A stretch of 64,000 bases of DNA from Gammaproteobacteria bacterium (GTDB taxonomy: Bacteria > Pseudomonadota > Gammaproteobacteria > Steroidobacterales > UBA11654), in the NCBI GenBank assembly GCA_029941465.1, contig JAPYQN010000001.1, positions 65,708 through 129,707 of the forward strand, given 5' to 3'. Position 1 is the stretch's first letter. Each line of letters begins with the position of its first letter. Made by a program: the position numbers and the translations under genes. This document shows, one piece after another, positions 61,266 to 64,000 of the stretch. The notes beneath the pieces are model-generated. The model had not been told where the DNA came from. It did not search any database and saw only the letters and a program-made list of their open reading frames with translations.

Positions 61266-63302
61266 ATGAACGAAGAATTCTTTAAATTATTCTCAGATTA
61301 CAATCCCAAGGGTGACCAACCTATGGCAATTAATCAATTATCTGAAGGCTTACGATCAGGATTGTTTAAGCAAACGCTATTAGGTGTAACTGGTTCTGGG
61401 AAAACCTTTACTATTGCTAATATAATTGAAAAAGAACAAAGACCGACGTTGATACTCGCCCCTAATAAAACTCTTGCAGCACAATTATACGGTGAAATGA
61501 GGGAATATTTTCCTAAGAATAAAGTTGAATATTTTGTTTCTTATTATGATTACTACCAGCCTGAAGCTTATATCCCAACCACTGATATTTATATTGAAAA
61601 AGATGCATCAATCAATGCCCATATTGAGCAAATGCGACTCTCTGCAACTAAAGCCTTAATTGAAAGAAATGACACCATTATTGTGGCCTCAGTTTCAGCA
61701 ATATATGGATTAGGTGATCCAGAGTTATATCTCAATATGGTCCTACACTTAAGTCTTAATGACAGAATAAATCAACGCAGTATTTTAAGACGTCTTGCAG
61801 AACTACAGTATCAACGTAATGCAATAGAATTTAAACAAGGGACTTTTAGGGTTTTAGGTGATGTAATTGATGTTTACCCTGCAGATTCTGATAATCAAGC
61901 CATCAGAGTTGAGATGTATGACGATGAAATTGAAGGATTATCTTATTTTGATCCTTTAACCGGTGAAATCCATAAAAAAGTAAGGCAATTAACTATTTTT
62001 CCAAAAACTCATTATGTAACGCCTCGAGAAGTAATGCTTAATGCCATAAAATATATAAAAAAAGAATTATCTAAAGAATTAACAAAATTAAATAAAGCTA
62101 ATAAATTAGTTGAGTCTCAACGATTAGAGCAGAGAACTCTTTATGATCTGGAGATGATTAAAGAACTTGGATTTTGTTCTGGAATTGAAAACTACAGCAG
62201 ATATTTATCAGGAAGAAAAGCAGGCGAACCACCTCCATGTCTAATAGATTATCTTCCTTCTAATGCATTATTAATTATTGATGAAAGCCATGTAACATTG
62301 CCACAATTGAGAGGCATGTATAAAGGAGATCATTCTAGAAAATCTACATTGGTTGAATACGGGTTTAGATTACCTTCAGCTTTAGATAATAGACCATTAA
62401 TGTTTGAAGAATTTGAAAAACTCTCACCTCAAACCATCTACATCTCTGCAACACCAAGAGACTTTGAAATTGAACAATCAGGGCAAGTTGTTGAACAATT
62501 AGTAAGACCCACAGGTCTGATTGACCCCACGGTTGAAATTCGACCAGTAAGTAATCAGGTGGATGACTTGCTGTCTGAAATAAAAAAGAGAACTCCAAAA
62601 AATGAGCGAATACTTGTAACAACTCTAACTAAAAAAATGTCTGAGGATCTAGCTGATTATCTTAATGACAACCAAATTAAAGTAAGATATTTACACTCTG
62701 ATATTGAAACTGTTGAACGTTCAGAGATTTTAAGAGATCTAAGATTGGGAGTCTTTGATGTACTTGTGGGCATTAATCTTCTCAGAGAAGGGCTGGATCT
62801 ACCTGAAGTATCGCTTGTTGCAATCCTAGATGCTGACAAAGAGGGTTTCCTCAGGTCAGAAAGTTCATTGATTCAAACAATGGGACGAGCCGCTAGAAAT
62901 ATTAATGGCAAAGCAATTATGTACGCTGACAGAACAACTAACTCCATGAAAGGAGCAATTAATGAAACAAGTAGACGTCGAGAGAAACAGGTTCAATACA
63001 ATAAAAAACATAATATAAAACCTCAAACAATTATTAAGAATGTTCAAGATGTAATGGAAAGTGCTCGATCCAAACCAATCAAGCAATATCTTAAAGTGCC
63101 CAAATCAATTAAAGGAAAATTTAATCCTGATGATCCAAATCAGATCAGTAAACTCATTGAGAAACTTGAAATTGAAATGTTTGAAGCAGCCAAAGACCTA
63201 AATTTCGAAGAAGCTGCAAAAATTAGAGATGAAATTGGCTTAATCAAGGAATTTAATTTTGGAATCAATTATATTGAACCAACAAAAAGAATCTCTAACT
63301 AA
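61266..63302 (+). CDS. uvrB: Excinuclease ABC subunit B
   Basis: Walker [15 protein letters not shown], helicase motifs, and the C-terminal UVR domain ([21 protein letters not shown]) are present. Confidence 0.96.
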   Translation: MNEEFFKLFSDYNPKGDQPMAINQLSEGLRSGLFKQTLLGVTGSGKTFTIANIIEKEQRPTLILAPNKTLAAQLYGEMREYFPKNKVEYFVSYYDYYQPEAYIPTTDIYIEKDASINAHIEQMRLSATKALIERNDTIIVASVSAIYGLGDPELYLNMVLHLSLNDRINQRSILRRLAELQYQRNAIEFKQGTFRVLGDVIDVYPADSDNQAIRVEMYDDEIEGLSYFDPLTGEIHKKVRQLTIFPKTHYVTPREVMLNAIKYIKKELSKELTKLNKANKLVESQRLEQRTLYDLEMIKELGFCSGIENYSRYLSGRKAGEPPPCLIDYLPSNALLIIDESHVTLPQLRGMYKGDHSRKSTLVEYGFRLPSALDNRPLMFEEFEKLSPQTIYISATPRDFEIEQSGQVVEQLVRPTGLIDPTVEIRPVSNQVDDLLSEIKKRTPKNERILVTTLTKKMSEDLADYLNDNQIKVRYLHSDIETVERSEILRDLRLGVFDVLVGINLLREGLDLPEVSLVAILDADKEGFLRSESSLIQTMGRAARNINGKAIMYADRTTNSMKGAINETSRRREKQVQYNKKHNIKPQTIIKNVQDVMESARSKPIKQYLKVPKSIKGKFNPDDPNQISKLIEKLEIEMFEAAKDLNFEEAAKIRDEIGLIKEFNFGINYIEPTKRISN

Positions 63303-63372
63303 CCATAATCAATGGCTTTTTTCAGATCTGTCATATATTATTTTTATCTAAATACATGAGGGTTAAAGTGTT

Positions 63373-63660
63373 ATGAAATATTTACTTATTACATCAACGT
63401 TTATTTTGTTCTTAAACACTGGAACAGTTGAAGCAAGTAATAAAACAGAAGTTCTTGGTAATTATGAATATGGTGCTCAGTTGGCTAAGTCAGCATTTGG
63501 AAGAGGCTGCCTAGGGTGTCATTCTATTGATAAATTCAAAGAGTCATCAGCAGATGAAATTCTGGACAGATTGATTGCATCATGGCATGCAGCTGGTTAC
63601 ACAGACGAAGACCTTAGAGACTTATCGGTATATTTATCTAAAGAAGTTGAAACACAGTAA
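63373..63660 (+). CDS. Small secreted putative c-type cytochrome (single CxxCH)
   Basis: 95 aa with a signal-peptide-like N-terminus (MKYLLITSTFILFLNTGTVEA) and one haem-binding motif, CLGCH. There is no Met downstream of the motif. I recognise no family beyond this. Confidence 0.55.
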   Translation: MKYLLITSTFILFLNTGTVEASNKTEVLGNYEYGAQLAKSAFGRGCLGCHSIDKFKESSADEILDRLIASWHAAGYTDEDLRDLSVYLSKEVETQ

Positions 63661-63717
63661 TCGGAGGAGGCATGTAGCTTAGCTGAACTGGTTCTAGTTT
63701 GATTATTTTTATTGAAT

Positions 63718-63798
63718 TTAAGATTTAAATAACCCTACTAAAAGTAAAGCTATCATCCCCAACATCATTACTAATCCGAGAAGTATGACTTTCTTCAT
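63718..63798 (-). CDS. Speculative 26-aa hydrophobic peptide
   Basis: Not in the ORF track because it is too short. The reverse complement reads AGGAGA-accta-ATG AAG AAA GTC..., giving MKKVILLGLVMMLGMIALLLVGLFKS followed by a stop. It has a strong Shine-Dalgarno at ideal spacing and a single transmembrane-like segment. There is no homology evidence. Confidence 0.25.
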   Translation of the reverse strand: MKKVILLGLVMMLGMIALLLVGLFKS

Positions 63799-63955
63799 TA
63801 GGTTCTCCTGTTTAATCTATCTCAAGTATATGTCTTCTGGGCAAGTTGTAAGTGTGTCAAATGAGAAACACCAAGCAACGTCTTGAAGGATTGGAACACT
63901 GTCCTTTCTACTTGATACCTTAAATATAACACTACATCAGGAGACGGCGAAAGTC

Positions 63956-64000
63956 TGGGCGTTGTAGGATTTGAACCTACGACCCTCTCGATGTCACCGA
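63956..64000 (-). tRNA. tRNA-Val (anticodon GAC), 3' portion only (5' part beyond window end); no encoded CCA
   Basis: The reverse complement of 63956-64000 is TCGGTGACATCGAGAGGGTCGTAGGTTCAAATCCTACAACGCCCA. It shows the T arm GTAGG-TTCAAAT-CCTAC, the acceptor 3' strand AACGCCC plus discriminator A, the variable loop GGGTC, and an anticodon loop containing GAC. It is truncated by the window. Confidence 0.7.

Overview
This 64-kb window is core chromosome from an AT-rich, very tightly packed proteobacterial genome. Gene order is Gamma-/Betaproteobacteria-like and follows classic housekeeping neighbourhoods for long runs.

Gene content in order:
- smpB / NSS transporter-ratA / bamE-nadK / hrcA-grpE-dnaK-dnaJ
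- carA-carB-greA-rlmE-ftsH-glmM-tpiA-secG-tRNA-Leu
- a complete 14-gene nuoA-N operon, with nuoC and nuoD unfused
- tRNA-fMet-rimP-nusA-infB-rbfA-truB-rpsO-pnp
- dksA and queF on the minus strand
- smc-zipA-scpA-scpB
- an SDR-HAD-ubiG cluster divergent from gyrA-serC-serA-like-pheA-aroA-cmk-rpsA-ihfB-lapB-cytidylyltransferase
- tRNA-Asn, then an aminotransferase divergent from uvrB
- a small CxxCH protein, a speculative small membrane peptide, and a truncated tRNA-Val

I call 61 CDS (one truncated by the window edge, one speculative small ORF), 4 tRNAs (one truncated), and a few hairpin and promoter candidates. Genes commonly overlap by 4-20 nt. The largest non-coding stretch is about 230 nt.

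I found no transposase, integrase, phage, CRISPR, restriction, toxin-antitoxin or other accessory or defence content. No gap is large enough to hide an unannotated gene cluster. I therefore do not think this window holds an undescribed multi-gene system; it reads as an ordinary core region.

The observations worth a second look are deviations inside conserved genes:
- an SMC about 250 aa shorter than canonical, with no recognisable hinge, sitting in an smc-zipA-scpA-scpB cluster
- a DksA keeping only one of the four zinc-finger cysteines
- an initiator tRNA with U1/U72 instead of C1/A72
- a minimal ZipA
- a cytidylyltransferase with HxGY instead of HxGH
- a small Met-less CxxCH protein

All functional calls rest on motif and synteny recognition by eye. 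No database search was run.
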